Notes: a model not told the origin generated them from the sequence alone. Numbered from the stretch's first letter, positions 17,850 to 26,671 are shown. The stretch: DNA of 26,671 nucleotides from Bacteriovoracaceae bacterium (GCA_041586955.1 JBFGZE010000041.1:1-26671); one strand, 5' to 3'. Numbers and translations: made by a program.

Positions 17850-18545
17850 ATGTACGATACCTATCAAACACTGGAAGAGTTTCTTCAGGCCAATGGCCTG
17901 GCCAAAAAGGCTTATCTAGAAGGGCCTCATCCAGAAGTTTTTCACCTTTTATTTGATTCCAAGCAAAATGAGATCGACAAGGCCCATCAAATGATTGACC
18001 ACCTCAAGGCCCAACTCAGCCGCCTAGGTCAGGAGATGCGCCATATAGAGGAAAGGAATTTTACTGAGCGTCTCACTCTCGGCCAGCAGTCCAAAAAGTT
18101 GACAGAAACCATTCAAGAATTAGAGAAAAGAAATATCGTTTTAGAAAGTTCAAATGCTGAGCGTAGTTTTCTCAATAATGAGATTGAGGCCCTCCATAAG
18201 CAATGTGAGCAATACTCTCGGCTACAAAAAAGTATGGACCATGCTCTGAAATGGGAACGTTCGCAAATTAACTCTCTCACAAGGGAAACAGAAGAACTAT
18301 CCCAGTCAGTAGATACCAGTCATATGGCCGTCATTCAAATGGATCAGGAGATTCAACACCTTAAAAGTAAATTAGCAGATCGCGAAAAGCAGATTCAAGA
18401 AATGTCTGAAGAGTTAGATGATAGCCGATCCTATGGCCGCCAATATAAACAAATTAATAATCGCATGACGAATGAGCTTTTCCGCAAAAACTCGGAAATT
18501 GAAAAGCTTCAGCATATCGTCAATAAGGGGCCCTCTCTTCAATAA
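17850..18545 (+). CDS. Hypothetical coiled-coil protein
   Basis: 231 aa, E/Q/K/L-rich heptad pattern over most of its length, GGAGG SD. Confidence 0.7.
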   Translation: MYDTYQTLEEFLQANGLAKKAYLEGPHPEVFHLLFDSKQNEIDKAHQMIDHLKAQLSRLGQEMRHIEERNFTERLTLGQQSKKLTETIQELEKRNIVLESSNAERSFLNNEIEALHKQCEQYSRLQKSMDHALKWERSQINSLTRETEELSQSVDTSHMAVIQMDQEIQHLKSKLADREKQIQEMSEELDDSRSYGRQYKQINNRMTNELFRKNSEIEKLQHIVNKGPSLQ

Positions 18546-18569
18546 AAGAGACGCTCCCCTCTCCATTCA

Positions 18570-19274
18570 TTAAAACTTGGCCAATAAGCCGAAGGTATAC
18601 AGATAATCAAACTTTTTATCGCCTGTGACCGCCGGCCTATCGTCATAATTACCAACATAGGCCAATTTCAGGGCGAAATTGGTCGACATGGCCACGCTTA
18701 ACGAGCCTTCAAAGTTTAATAACCAATCATCAGAATCTGTTAAATTGGGAATATATTCAAGCCAAAACTTACCCCATAGACCAGGTTTAAACCTTTTACT
18801 CACTTCAGAGTAAAGTCGGGCCTTACTTTCACTTCTCGTTTTAGTGCTGATAACCTTCTCTCGCGTAAAACGATAACCGGCCTCAAGAAACCAAATAATA
18901 TTCTTTTTTTTAATAATATGATAAATCATCCCAAGGTCAGTATTATAACGAGTATAAATTCCTGTAAACTTATCGCCTTCAAGAATTTCACCAATAAAAA
19001 TAGAATAGCGCTCATTCAAAATCTTTTCAAAGCGCACATTCAAATCCCAATTGCGCGTGCTAATCTCATTATCACTAGAACCCAGGGTATAATGTCCACC
19101 AAATTTATAAAGCTGAGAATTGGCCTTATAAACATTTTTAGTCTTCGCATTATAAACTTCAACAAGCGAGTTACCACCAGTCACCAGTACAGAAACTTCA
19201 GAGTCATTATAAAACTCACCGTATGAAGAAGTTATAGCACTCAATAGCAATAGGGCGACAATCCAATTCTTCAC
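18570..19274 (-). CDS. DUF481 / YdiY-like outer membrane beta-barrel
   Basis: Signal peptide, TGGNS, alternating beta-strand pattern, YDDRP, C-terminal Phe. GTG start with GAGG SD. Confidence 0.8.
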   Translation of the reverse strand: MKNWIVALLLLSAITSSYGEFYNDSEVSVLVTGGNSLVEVYNAKTKNVYKANSQLYKFGGHYTLGSSDNEISTRNWDLNVRFEKILNERYSIFIGEILEGDKFTGIYTRYNTDLGMIYHIIKKKNIIWFLEAGYRFTREKVISTKTRSESKARLYSEVSKRFKPGLWGKFWLEYIPNLTDSDDWLLNFEGSLSVAMSTNFALKLAYVGNYDDRPAVTGDKKFDYLYTFGLLAKF

Positions 19275-19288
19275 AACACTACCTCTTG

Positions 19289-20119
19289 TTATTGTTGAAT
19301 TTGATGAGCGTCAATATCTTGCTGTGGAGGAAAAGGAATCGAAACCCCTTTATCAGCAAAAGTCATTTTTACTTTTTCATGGGTATCAAAATAGACCGCC
19401 GAATAATCTTTATTCTTAACCCAGGCCTGAACTGTAAATTTAACTGAACTTGGGGTCAATTCCCCTATTGCCACAAAGGGAGGAGGATCTTTAAGAATGC
19501 GATTATCTGTGATTAAAATGTCCTGAATTAAGGCCTTTGCCCTTTTAAAGTCATCACTATGTCCAATCCCAAAGGACATATCCACGCGCCTATTATCCTC
19601 GGTAGAAAAATTGACCATGACTCCATTGGAAAGTGGGCCGTTTGGCAAAATAACGGTTCTATTATCGGCCGTAGTTAAAATGGTACAAAACATTTCAATT
19701 CTTTTAACAACCCCACTTTCCCCCATCACATTAATCATATCGCCAACTTTAAAGGGCCTAAATACTAGGATGAGTACTCCTCCAGCAAAATTACCAAGAC
19801 TCCCCTGCAAAGCAAAACCTATCGCTAAACCCAAAGCAGCAAATATGGCGACAAAGGATGTCGTGGCTATTCCCAACATTGAAGCAATAGAGATTAATAA
19901 CGCTATTCGTATTAAGTTTTTGGCCATAGACACGAGAAATGGCCTCAACGAAGGATCCATTTCACGTTTGGTCATTTGTCGATCAAAGAGAAGGCACATC
20001 CAATTAATTGCCTTCCACCCGACAAAGAGGGTGACTAGGCCAAGGATCGCGCGCGGTGCATACAGTAAGATGGCTTGTAAAATTGTATTTCCAAAAGAAA
20101 AAGCGGATTCAGGATTCAT
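19289..20119 (-). CDS. mscS: Small-conductance mechanosensitive channel
   Basis: GLAIGFALQGSLGNFAGGVLILVFRPFKVGD, LPNG, RRVD, SIPFP. Confidence 0.93.
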   Translation of the reverse strand: MNPESAFSFGNTILQAILLYAPRAILGLVTLFVGWKAINWMCLLFDRQMTKREMDPSLRPFLVSMAKNLIRIALLISIASMLGIATTSFVAIFAALGLAIGFALQGSLGNFAGGVLILVFRPFKVGDMINVMGESGVVKRIEMFCTILTTADNRTVILPNGPLSNGVMVNFSTEDNRRVDMSFGIGHSDDFKRAKALIQDILITDNRILKDPPPFVAIGELTPSSVKFTVQAWVKNKDYSAVYFDTHEKVKMTFADKGVSIPFPPQQDIDAHQIQQ

Positions 20120-20391
20120 GGAACGCCTCCTAGATGAATTTAGATTGTTTTACCCTAAAACTGCGATTCGTGTCACGATATTTTTTATTGACCCCATAAA
20201 AAACAAATCTATTACATTTTGTCCCCAATATTATGAGAGTAATAAAATATTAACTGTTGAATAGTCGAGATGCCACGTACCGGTGACACAAGTCCATTGA
20301 TCGCTATTAATATAATAATGATGATGAGGTGACCCAGCAGTGAGAATAGAACGGCCTACCTTTGGCCTCTCAATATTATTTCAGAAATTGA

Positions 20392-21246
20392 TTACTCATC
20401 GGCCGGAAGATATTCCAACATTTCAGGATAATTATAAGACTTGGCGAAGCTCCGAGCGTTACGCCCTTTGTTATTCTTTATATAGGGGTTTGCTCCCTGA
20501 TCAATGAGGTAAATAACAATTTCCGTAAATCCCTCCCGAGTAGCGTAGAGTAACGCCGTCATTCCCTCATCATCTTTCGCATTTATAAGCGCCCCAGATT
20601 CTATAAGACTACGAGCAATATTAATATTCCCCTCCATGGCGGCATCCATCAGATGAGTAAAACCACCACTATTTGTAAGAAGATTCGCATCTGCACCTTT
20701 ATCGAGGAGCATTTTTACCATATCGCCATGCCCTCCACCGACCGCCAGGCCCAGAGGAGTGATCCCTTGTTTATTTTGATGATTGACATCCGCTCCACGG
20801 GCCATCAACTCGAAAAAACAATCCATGCAATTGCCATTGATTGACTCCATCAAAAGAGAATAGCCCTCTTCATCTTTCCAATTGATATCGAGACCAGTCT
20901 CTAAGGCCTTGTGTAATTCTTCAAACTTACCGCTATAGGCAAGATCTCCATAGTTTTGATTATTAATTTTTAAAGGCCGCCCCTCTTCTACCAACTGAGA
21001 TGTTTCAATTTGAGATTGGGCCTTTGTCACATGATCTTCAATTATGACTTCTTCCTGAACTGGGTTATCCCGTAGAGCAGGATCAGGAGCAGGAGCAGAA
21101 ACTTTGACTTCATTCTCTTTTACAGAATCAGTAATCAACACTGGAGAACGATCCAAATCCTTTTCAGGGCTAGAGAGTGATACAGATTGACGATAGAGAA
21201 AGAGAATGGGTATTAGAATAAGTGTACTTAATAGTACCTTTTTCAT
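20392..21246 (-). CDS. Exported ankyrin-repeat protein (about 6 repeats), candidate Bd3460-like immunity protein
   Basis: N-terminal hydrophobic segment, acidic/Pro linker, then repeats such as GITPLGLAVGGGHGDMVKMLLDKGAD and GMTALLYATREGFTEIVIYLIDQGANP. Start overlaps the dacB stop (ATGA). Confidence 0.9.
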   Translation of the reverse strand: MKKVLLSTLILIPILFLYRQSVSLSSPEKDLDRSPVLITDSVKENEVKVSAPAPDPALRDNPVQEEVIIEDHVTKAQSQIETSQLVEEGRPLKINNQNYGDLAYSGKFEELHKALETGLDINWKDEEGYSLLMESINGNCMDCFFELMARGADVNHQNKQGITPLGLAVGGGHGDMVKMLLDKGADANLLTNSGGFTHLMDAAMEGNINIARSLIESGALINAKDDEGMTALLYATREGFTEIVIYLIDQGANPYIKNNKGRNARSFAKSYNYPEMLEYLPADE

Positions 21247-22541
21247 CGCATTGGCTCCACCGCTGGGAAGAAAAATTCTGGAGTATAAGAGAAGGCCATT
21301 TTACCTCCTAAATCCTCCATTAGTTTTAGCACAATCTTATCTTGAATGATACGAGCATTCCCTTTCGAACCTCGAACGTGATTAAATATACCAAAATAAT
21401 TGCGTCCCATTTGAGTGGCCAGCATACCGGCCAAGGCCGAAGTATGTTTTAAGCTCCCCGTTTTGGCCACCATGGCATTCATTATACGTCTCGATTTTAA
21501 GCGACTACTAAAAGTGCCTCTATCAACAGCAGGTACCGCAACTAATTTTTGAATTTTAGATTGCAAGTCGCCAAGCTTAACATCAAGCTCTTCAATTAAC
21601 TTAATCACGAGAGCGCATGTAGCGTAATTATCATAGCGATATTTTTCAGTTTCAACCGGGAGTCCTGAGCCAGTATACATTCGAATAAGATCTTCATCTT
21701 TGTTAAATCCAACTTTTTTGGCTATTAACTCACCGTAATTATCTTTGACCTTTTTATTCATATACTTTCTAAAAGCTTTTACGCCTCCCAATTGAAAGAA
21801 AACTTGATCCGCTATAAAGTTATTTGACTTTATATTCATCACCTTTAAGTATTTAGCAATTTGAGGAGAAAGGTGCTGATAAACTTTCTCTGCACCATCT
21901 GTATCAGCGAGAGGATTTTTGTCGACAAACTTAACGTCTTTCACCTCTAATTTAATATCATCCAAAGAGCGTTTAATTTGTAACTCTTCAAGAACATTTT
22001 CCGGCGTATTGGCGATAAAGATCCTATAAGATTTTTTTAATTTTTCCCAGTCCGGTGTATGAAAATAATCTTTTAGTGTTTTTTTCGTTTTATCCGTGGA
22101 GACCCTAAAAACTGTCCCCGCACCCCTTTCAGCATAGGCAAAGGCCATCATATTTTTATCAAAGGTCAAACGATCAATCTTAGTAATCCCTAAATTATTC
22201 AATTGAGATAAAATGAAAAATAATTTCCGCTTTGAAAAGACTGGATCCTTTGCTCCCTCAATATGAAGTTTCTTATCATGAAAATAAAACTTTGTTTCGT
22301 ATTGAAAAGAAGGCTTAAGACGCTCGACGGCCCAAAGTGTCGTCATTAACTTTGAAACACTCGCCAAACGCACTTTCATATGAATATTATCGCCCTCTAA
22401 CTGTCCTTTAGAGTTGGTATAGCAAAAGGCACTATCTTTATAATTTAATTTATAATCTTTAAGAAGTTTTTTCCAATAAGGGCCAGCTTCCACACTACTA
22501 ATAAGCCCAATAATAAGAACAATCCAGTATTTTTTCATCAT
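21243..22541 (-). CDS. dacB: D-Ala-D-Ala carboxypeptidase/endopeptidase, peptidase S13 (DacB/PBP4-like)
   Basis: SxxK (ASVSKL), SxN (KSNNFIAD), KTG (AKTGSL). Signal peptide from MMKKYWIV at 22541; the longer 22634 start runs through a terminator. Confidence 0.9.
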   Translation of the reverse strand: MMKKYWIVLIIGLISSVEAGPYWKKLLKDYKLNYKDSAFCYTNSKGQLEGDNIHMKVRLASVSKLMTTLWAVERLKPSFQYETKFYFHDKKLHIEGAKDPVFSKRKLFFILSQLNNLGITKIDRLTFDKNMMAFAYAERGAGTVFRVSTDKTKKTLKDYFHTPDWEKLKKSYRIFIANTPENVLEELQIKRSLDDIKLEVKDVKFVDKNPLADTDGAEKVYQHLSPQIAKYLKVMNIKSNNFIADQVFFQLGGVKAFRKYMNKKVKDNYGELIAKKVGFNKDEDLIRMYTGSGLPVETEKYRYDNYATCALVIKLIEELDVKLGDLQSKIQKLVAVPAVDRGTFSSRLKSRRIMNAMVAKTGSLKHTSALAGMLATQMGRNYFGIFNHVRGSKGNARIIQDKIVLKLMEDLGGKMAFSYTPEFFFPAVEPMR

Positions 22542-22596
22542 ATTTTCACCACTCAAAGGTCCTGTACCTTTTTTACCCCGCTTACTCTTCACTCTC

Positions 22597-22630
22597 AAAG
22601 AAAGGAGAAAAGGGATTCCCCTCTTCTCCC
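22597..22630 (-). terminator. Rho-independent terminator after the L,D-transpeptidase gene
   Basis: Minus strand GGAGAAGAGGG-GAAT-CCCTTTTCTCC followed by TTTCTTT. Confidence 0.75.
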
Positions 22631-22643
22631 ACATTTCTTATTT

Positions 22644-23957
22644 TTAATGGGTATATTGACGAATCATAAAGGCAGGTGCCAATTCGTCTTTGTAGCCCCC
22701 AGCATTAATTTTTTTATCAACTGGATGTGCGTACCCATCTAAAATACCGGTGTCGATATAGAATACACCCTGCATTTGCTCTGGTTTAATTCCATAGATA
22801 TTAGCGCCTTTCCCACGCTTACGACGGAAATACCCCGACCTTTTAAACTCTCTAACGTCTGGCTTATTATCTATAATATAAGTCCCTTCATCGAGAATCT
22901 CATCAAACTGAATACCAGATTGGTAAACTGTTTCTCGGTCTGCCGTTTGCCCATTGACTGTTTGAGGGCCACGAGTTGTTAAAGTGTAATCCCAAGTCAA
23001 CATCGTGTTATCTTGATATTGTGTTAAAAACGGATCTTTGAGAGCTTCTTTGGCATAAATTTTAACGACGGGAGTTCCAACGTCTAATAAATGATTTAAA
23101 TAAGCAATTGTCTCATTATCTGTCCGTGAGCAACCATGCGAACGGGGGTCAGTAAAAAAATTGGCGGCCAATTTTTTTGTCTTTTGAATAAATTCATCTT
23201 TATTTTCACCCCAGCCAATTGTCCCATGAGTCCATTGGCCGTCATGATTTGGGCCAATAAATAAGGCATACCATCCGAAAGCACCACGCATATTGCCCTG
23301 GGCCTTCCCATTAACTTTGGGCATATACTTTTTCCTCGTCCAACTGACGGCACCTTTACTAGGTTTAGGCAATTCAGGGTAACCAGGCTTATACCAAGCG
23401 GGGTAACTACCATGACGATCTTCATAAAATTTCTTCTTATAAGTTAAACGGTAGCTACCGAGTAAAGTTCGAACACCATCATCATCCTCACCGGCTGCCA
23501 TATCTGCTTCCAAAACCATTTTATGTTGGCAACGGCCATCATCACATTTCTTCTCATAAAGACGAAGTGTTTCGGAGGCAATATTTTGAATCATAAAATA
23601 TTTGGTATCAATGTTTTTAAGGGTGTATCTATTTTTTCCCAAATATTTATAACTTAAAAAATAGGTAGGACTTGCAGGAACAGGAGCGGCAGTTTTCACC
23701 AATTCAACTTGAACATAATCATCGTTGAAGTTTTCAGAGGCATCTATCACGCGAACTTGATCGTTTCTGCTTAGACGGGCAAGCTTTGTTTCATCATTAG
23801 CAACATCGGACGAGCGAATGAGAAGGCGGTTGCTTTGAACATAATAAATTGTACCAACTTGCAATTCACTCCGCTCTTTAAGCGTGAAGCTCAAATCTTT
23901 AGCATAAATAGTATTTTGAACACAAAGGGTCAAAAATAATAGAATAAAACGAAACAT
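22644..23957 (-). CDS. Secreted L,D-transpeptidase (YkuD family) with an N-terminal SH3b-like domain
   Basis: Signal peptide, LLIRSS...LARLSRNDQVRVI (SH3b-like), WTHGT...SHGCSR catalytic motif, GTPVV. AGGAGG SD. Confidence 0.85.
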   Translation of the reverse strand: MFRFILLFLTLCVQNTIYAKDLSFTLKERSELQVGTIYYVQSNRLLIRSSDVANDETKLARLSRNDQVRVIDASENFNDDYVQVELVKTAAPVPASPTYFLSYKYLGKNRYTLKNIDTKYFMIQNIASETLRLYEKKCDDGRCQHKMVLEADMAAGEDDDGVRTLLGSYRLTYKKKFYEDRHGSYPAWYKPGYPELPKPSKGAVSWTRKKYMPKVNGKAQGNMRGAFGWYALFIGPNHDGQWTHGTIGWGENKDEFIQKTKKLAANFFTDPRSHGCSRTDNETIAYLNHLLDVGTPVVKIYAKEALKDPFLTQYQDNTMLTWDYTLTTRGPQTVNGQTADRETVYQSGIQFDEILDEGTYIIDNKPDVREFKRSGYFRRKRGKGANIYGIKPEQMQGVFYIDTGILDGYAHPVDKKINAGGYKDELAPAFMIRQYTH

Positions 23958-24347
23958 TATCTCCTCCTAATGGGAATTTATCGTTTACGAACCTAGAAGC
24001 ACTTTTTCGATCTCTCAAATTCTTAAATGCGTATGGTCGTAAAGGGTCATAACTCACTAACGCCCCGCGCATCAAGCTTAGGGTTGCGCGGTACGTAAAA
24101 AATGCTATATGGCCGCTTTTCAGGTAGAAATATGCTTATTTTCAACAGGTTGCCAGACCCTTAACAGGGCCTTCTTTTTTACAAGACTCTCTCTTGTTTA
24201 GGTGCACCGTGTTATTATCAATGAGAAACGAGTGAGGAAAACGATGTATCGGCATACACCAACTTTAGTGCTCATAATCTTTCCCTCTTAAAAATGAAAT
24301 GGTCACAAAAGAATTTTAAACTACCAAAAGCAAAGGGTAATTAATTA

Positions 24348-24770
24348 ATGAAAAAGATCTTTCTCCTCTTGTCTCTGATTGTTATCACCGATAGCGGCCT
24401 TTTGGCGCAACCTCTTGATTGGTATAATGGTCATTTTGAAACAACCTCTTTTCAGCAAGGACTCGAAGCAGAAGATGATGGTGAGAGTGTGCGTGTCAGC
24501 TCACTTAGAATCCAGACCCAAGATAGAGACAGTGCTAAAGTGAAAATACATATTGCTTCAGGAGCATACGCCAATTGTAGTTTTGAAGGCGAAATGGTGC
24601 ATAAACGGCGTCATTTGGAATACTCTGAAGTTTTTGCTGATGGCAGCACCTGTGTACTTAAAGTAAAACCTCAAGGTCAGGCCATTGTCATTCAAGACGT
24701 AAAGGGACATTGCAGACAGATGTTTTGTGATGCGACCGGTACCTTTAACAACGAAAAATTCGAAATGTAG
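24348..24770 (+). CDS. Small secreted hypothetical protein with four Cys
   Basis: 140 aa, signal peptide ending LLA-Q, beta-rich, C..C..CRQMFC. Confidence 0.75.
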   Translation: MKKIFLLLSLIVITDSGLLAQPLDWYNGHFETTSFQQGLEAEDDGESVRVSSLRIQTQDRDSAKVKIHIASGAYANCSFEGEMVHKRRHLEYSEVFADGSTCVLKVKPQGQAIVIQDVKGHCRQMFCDATGTFNNEKFEM

Positions 24771-24800
24771 CTCGAGAAGCTTCTAGTGCTCCACTTTTAC

Positions 24801-25691
24801 TTACCAATTAAAGGGTCTATAGTACTCCATCATTTTCTCATGTGGACTTCCTGCCTTCGGTGCATATTTATAACTAAAACGACAACGGCCCGGAAGAGAA
24901 ATAAGAATCGAGTCAGTGCGCCCATTACTTTTAAGCCCAAACATAGTTCCGCGATCATGTAAAAGGTTAAATTCCACGTAACGTCCACGCCGGTGAAGTT
25001 GGAAGTCTTCATCATCAGTATCATAGGCCTCATTCTTTCTCTTTTCCACAATGGGAAAGTAGGACGGTATAAAGGCCTGGGAAAAATCCTTAATCATTTC
25101 GGCGTCTGCTCTGGTATCTCCAGTATTAAAATGGTCATAAAAGAAACCGCCAATACCACGCATTTCCCCGTCGCGGTGAGCATTCACAAAATACTCATCA
25201 CATTTTTTCTTCCACTCATCATAATGGCCGTAGGGAGTTAAAGCATCTTTCCACACTTGATGGAAATAATGGAAATCTTCCTCGTGAGGGTAAAAGGGAG
25301 TGAGGTCCGCGCCACCTCCAAACCAAAATTTATCACCGGCCTGGATCATGCGGAAATTAGCGTGAACAGTCGGAACTCGCGGGTTCCGAGGATGGATGAT
25401 CAAGGAAATACCGCTTGCCCACATTGTTCCATCAGTGCTGCCACTCCGCTCTGAAAAACCTGGACTGATCTTGCCATGAACAAGAGAGGTATTAACACCA
25501 GCATTTTCAATAATATCGCCGGTAAAAGCACGCGTAATACCACCACCTCCAGCTCTACCAACAAAATCCTGCCGCTTCCAAATATCCTCTTCAAGACTAA
25601 GCTCTGCGTCACACGCAAAAAGTTCCTTCGTAATTTCGTCCTGTAGGGCCTTCACATGCTCGCAAAATTCATTTTTAATTGTTTCTAACAT
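24801..25691 (-). CDS. hemF: Oxygen-dependent coproporphyrinogen III oxidase
   Basis: HPRNPRVPTVHANFR, WFGGGADLTP, RGIGGFFYD, RRGRYVEFNLLHDRGTMFGL, SILISLP. Confidence 0.96.
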   Translation of the reverse strand: MLETIKNEFCEHVKALQDEITKELFACDAELSLEEDIWKRQDFVGRAGGGGITRAFTGDIIENAGVNTSLVHGKISPGFSERSGSTDGTMWASGISLIIHPRNPRVPTVHANFRMIQAGDKFWFGGGADLTPFYPHEEDFHYFHQVWKDALTPYGHYDEWKKKCDEYFVNAHRDGEMRGIGGFFYDHFNTGDTRADAEMIKDFSQAFIPSYFPIVEKRKNEAYDTDDEDFQLHRRGRYVEFNLLHDRGTMFGLKSNGRTDSILISLPGRCRFSYKYAPKAGSPHEKMMEYYRPFNW

Positions 25692-25770
25692 CAGTTAACC
25701 TTGTATTTTTAATGCTTAATGGCCTAAGCTTTGATAGATATAGATCTACCATATTTTATATAAATTAAAC

Positions 25771-26475
25771 ATGAGACAATTTTTTATTATAATATTTTTT
25801 ATTCTTTCTGCGCTGCCAATGCAAGCGCAGAATAATGACAATCTCAATAAGCAAAAATATCTACAATTACAAAAGCAAAAAGCTACTCATAAACGCACTC
25901 CTAAATACCATTTTGGCTACTTTGATCGCGACCATACATTCACTGAATCGGCGAAACTTGTTGGTTATGTTTATGCGGCTTCATGGGTGGGTTATCCGTT
26001 AAGTCAACCAAAAGTTTTTCGTGATCAAGGATCATTCACCAATTACCGCAAAAATTTCGGTCACTTAGTTTTCGACCGTGATGAGCCTTTCTGGAATTGG
26101 TTGGTTCACCCGCTTTCAGGCAGTCAATTATTTCTCTTTTACCGCGCCAATGGCTATGGCCGCATCAATTCTCTGGCAATGAGCTTTATCTCCAGTACAC
26201 TTTTTGAGTTCACTGTTGAAATTTATACTGAACCTGCCAGTATTCAAGATCTTTACCAAACCCCTATTCTTGGGTCCATACTTGGAGTCGGTCTCGAAAC
26301 CCTTAGTCTCTACCTAATCAATACTGGCAATGCTTTGGGAAAAATAATTGGCCATACCATTAACCCTTGGACCCTCTTCAAGTTTTTTGAGGGAAAAGTG
26401 CGAGTTTACCCTCATTACCGAGAAACAGAAAATAATCATAAAAAGGGAGGACTGGTTTTCTATGCAGAATTTTAA
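25771..26475 (+). CDS. DUF3943-domain exported/membrane protein
   Basis: Signal peptide and NWLVHPLSGS...RANGY...STLFEFTVEIYTEPASIQDLYQTPILGSILG pattern. Confidence 0.75.
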   Translation: MRQFFIIIFFILSALPMQAQNNDNLNKQKYLQLQKQKATHKRTPKYHFGYFDRDHTFTESAKLVGYVYAASWVGYPLSQPKVFRDQGSFTNYRKNFGHLVFDRDEPFWNWLVHPLSGSQLFLFYRANGYGRINSLAMSFISSTLFEFTVEIYTEPASIQDLYQTPILGSILGVGLETLSLYLINTGNALGKIIGHTINPWTLFKFFEGKVRVYPHYRETENNHKKGGLVFYAEF

Positions 26476-26671
26476 CCTTACTCTCCTTTTAATCGCCTTT
26501 CTTTATACTCCCATTTCCTTGGCCAATCAAAATCGGCTATTCCTTAAAGGTGGATTCGGCATCACTCGCGGGCAGGTCAAGGCACTTGCCTCCAGTGAAG
26601 ATACTTTTTCTGGTTTTGGGGTGAATACCCATTTTGGTTATCAATGGATGGACTGGTCGCTCGATTTATCC
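26462..26671 (+). CDS. Partial outer membrane beta-barrel protein, runs off the right edge
   Basis: Hand-translated MQNFNLTLLLIAFLYTPISLANQNRLFLKGGFGITRG...GFGVNTHFGYQWMDWSLDLS. GGAGG SD at 26446. Overlaps the DUF3943 stop. Confidence 0.7.
   Translation, partial: MQNFNLTLLLIAFLYTPISLANQNRLFLKGGFGITRGQVKALASSEDTFSGFGVNTHFGYQWMDWSLDLS

Noticed and set aside
19611..20264. 217-aa plus-strand ORF
   Set aside because: Antisense shadow of mscS with no recognisable motifs.
22542..22634. N-terminal extension of DacB in the ORF track
   Set aside because: It runs through the upstream terminator, and a clean signal peptide starts at 22541.
1102..25618. Other short ORF-track entries nested in or antisense to identified genes (e.g. 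1954-2235, 12868-13287, 14187-14552, 23096-23425)
   Set aside because: They overlap well-supported genes and show no family motifs.
1..26671. CRISPR array, tRNA/rRNA, integrase or transposase
   Set aside because: No spaced direct repeats, cloverleaf or rRNA signatures, or recombinase motifs seen by eye.

Overview
Bacterial chromosomal window. Gene content, notably a DacB-type endopeptidase paired with an ankyrin gene, suggests a predatory Bdellovibrionota/Bacteriovoracia genome (inference). Order: partial exported-protein gene (-), argS, then a ~9 kb accessory block (NsrR-like Rrf2 regulator divergent from qNor and ric/ytfE, an unannotated 35-aa peptide ending CCGGCS, and a marR-tolC-RND efflux operon with no adaptor gene). 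After it come a sterol desaturase-family gene, an Rrf2-sufBCDS-nfu Fe-S operon, a coiled-coil protein, a DUF481 barrel, mscS, a minus-strand cell-wall cluster (L,D-transpeptidase, DacB/S13 peptidase, ankyrin protein), a small secreted Cys protein, hemF, a DUF3943 protein and a partial OM barrel. Main leads: (1) Ric has lost its conserved CCGG motif (DFCYKG) while the adjacent small ORF carries DGCCGGCS; (2) a Bd3459/Bd3460-like enzyme-immunity pair next to an L,D-transpeptidase, with a possibly membrane-tethered ankyrin; (3) a structured palindromic element at the right end of the accessory block that shares a stem core with the hairpin at the left end. No rRNA, tRNA, CRISPR array or transposase was seen.
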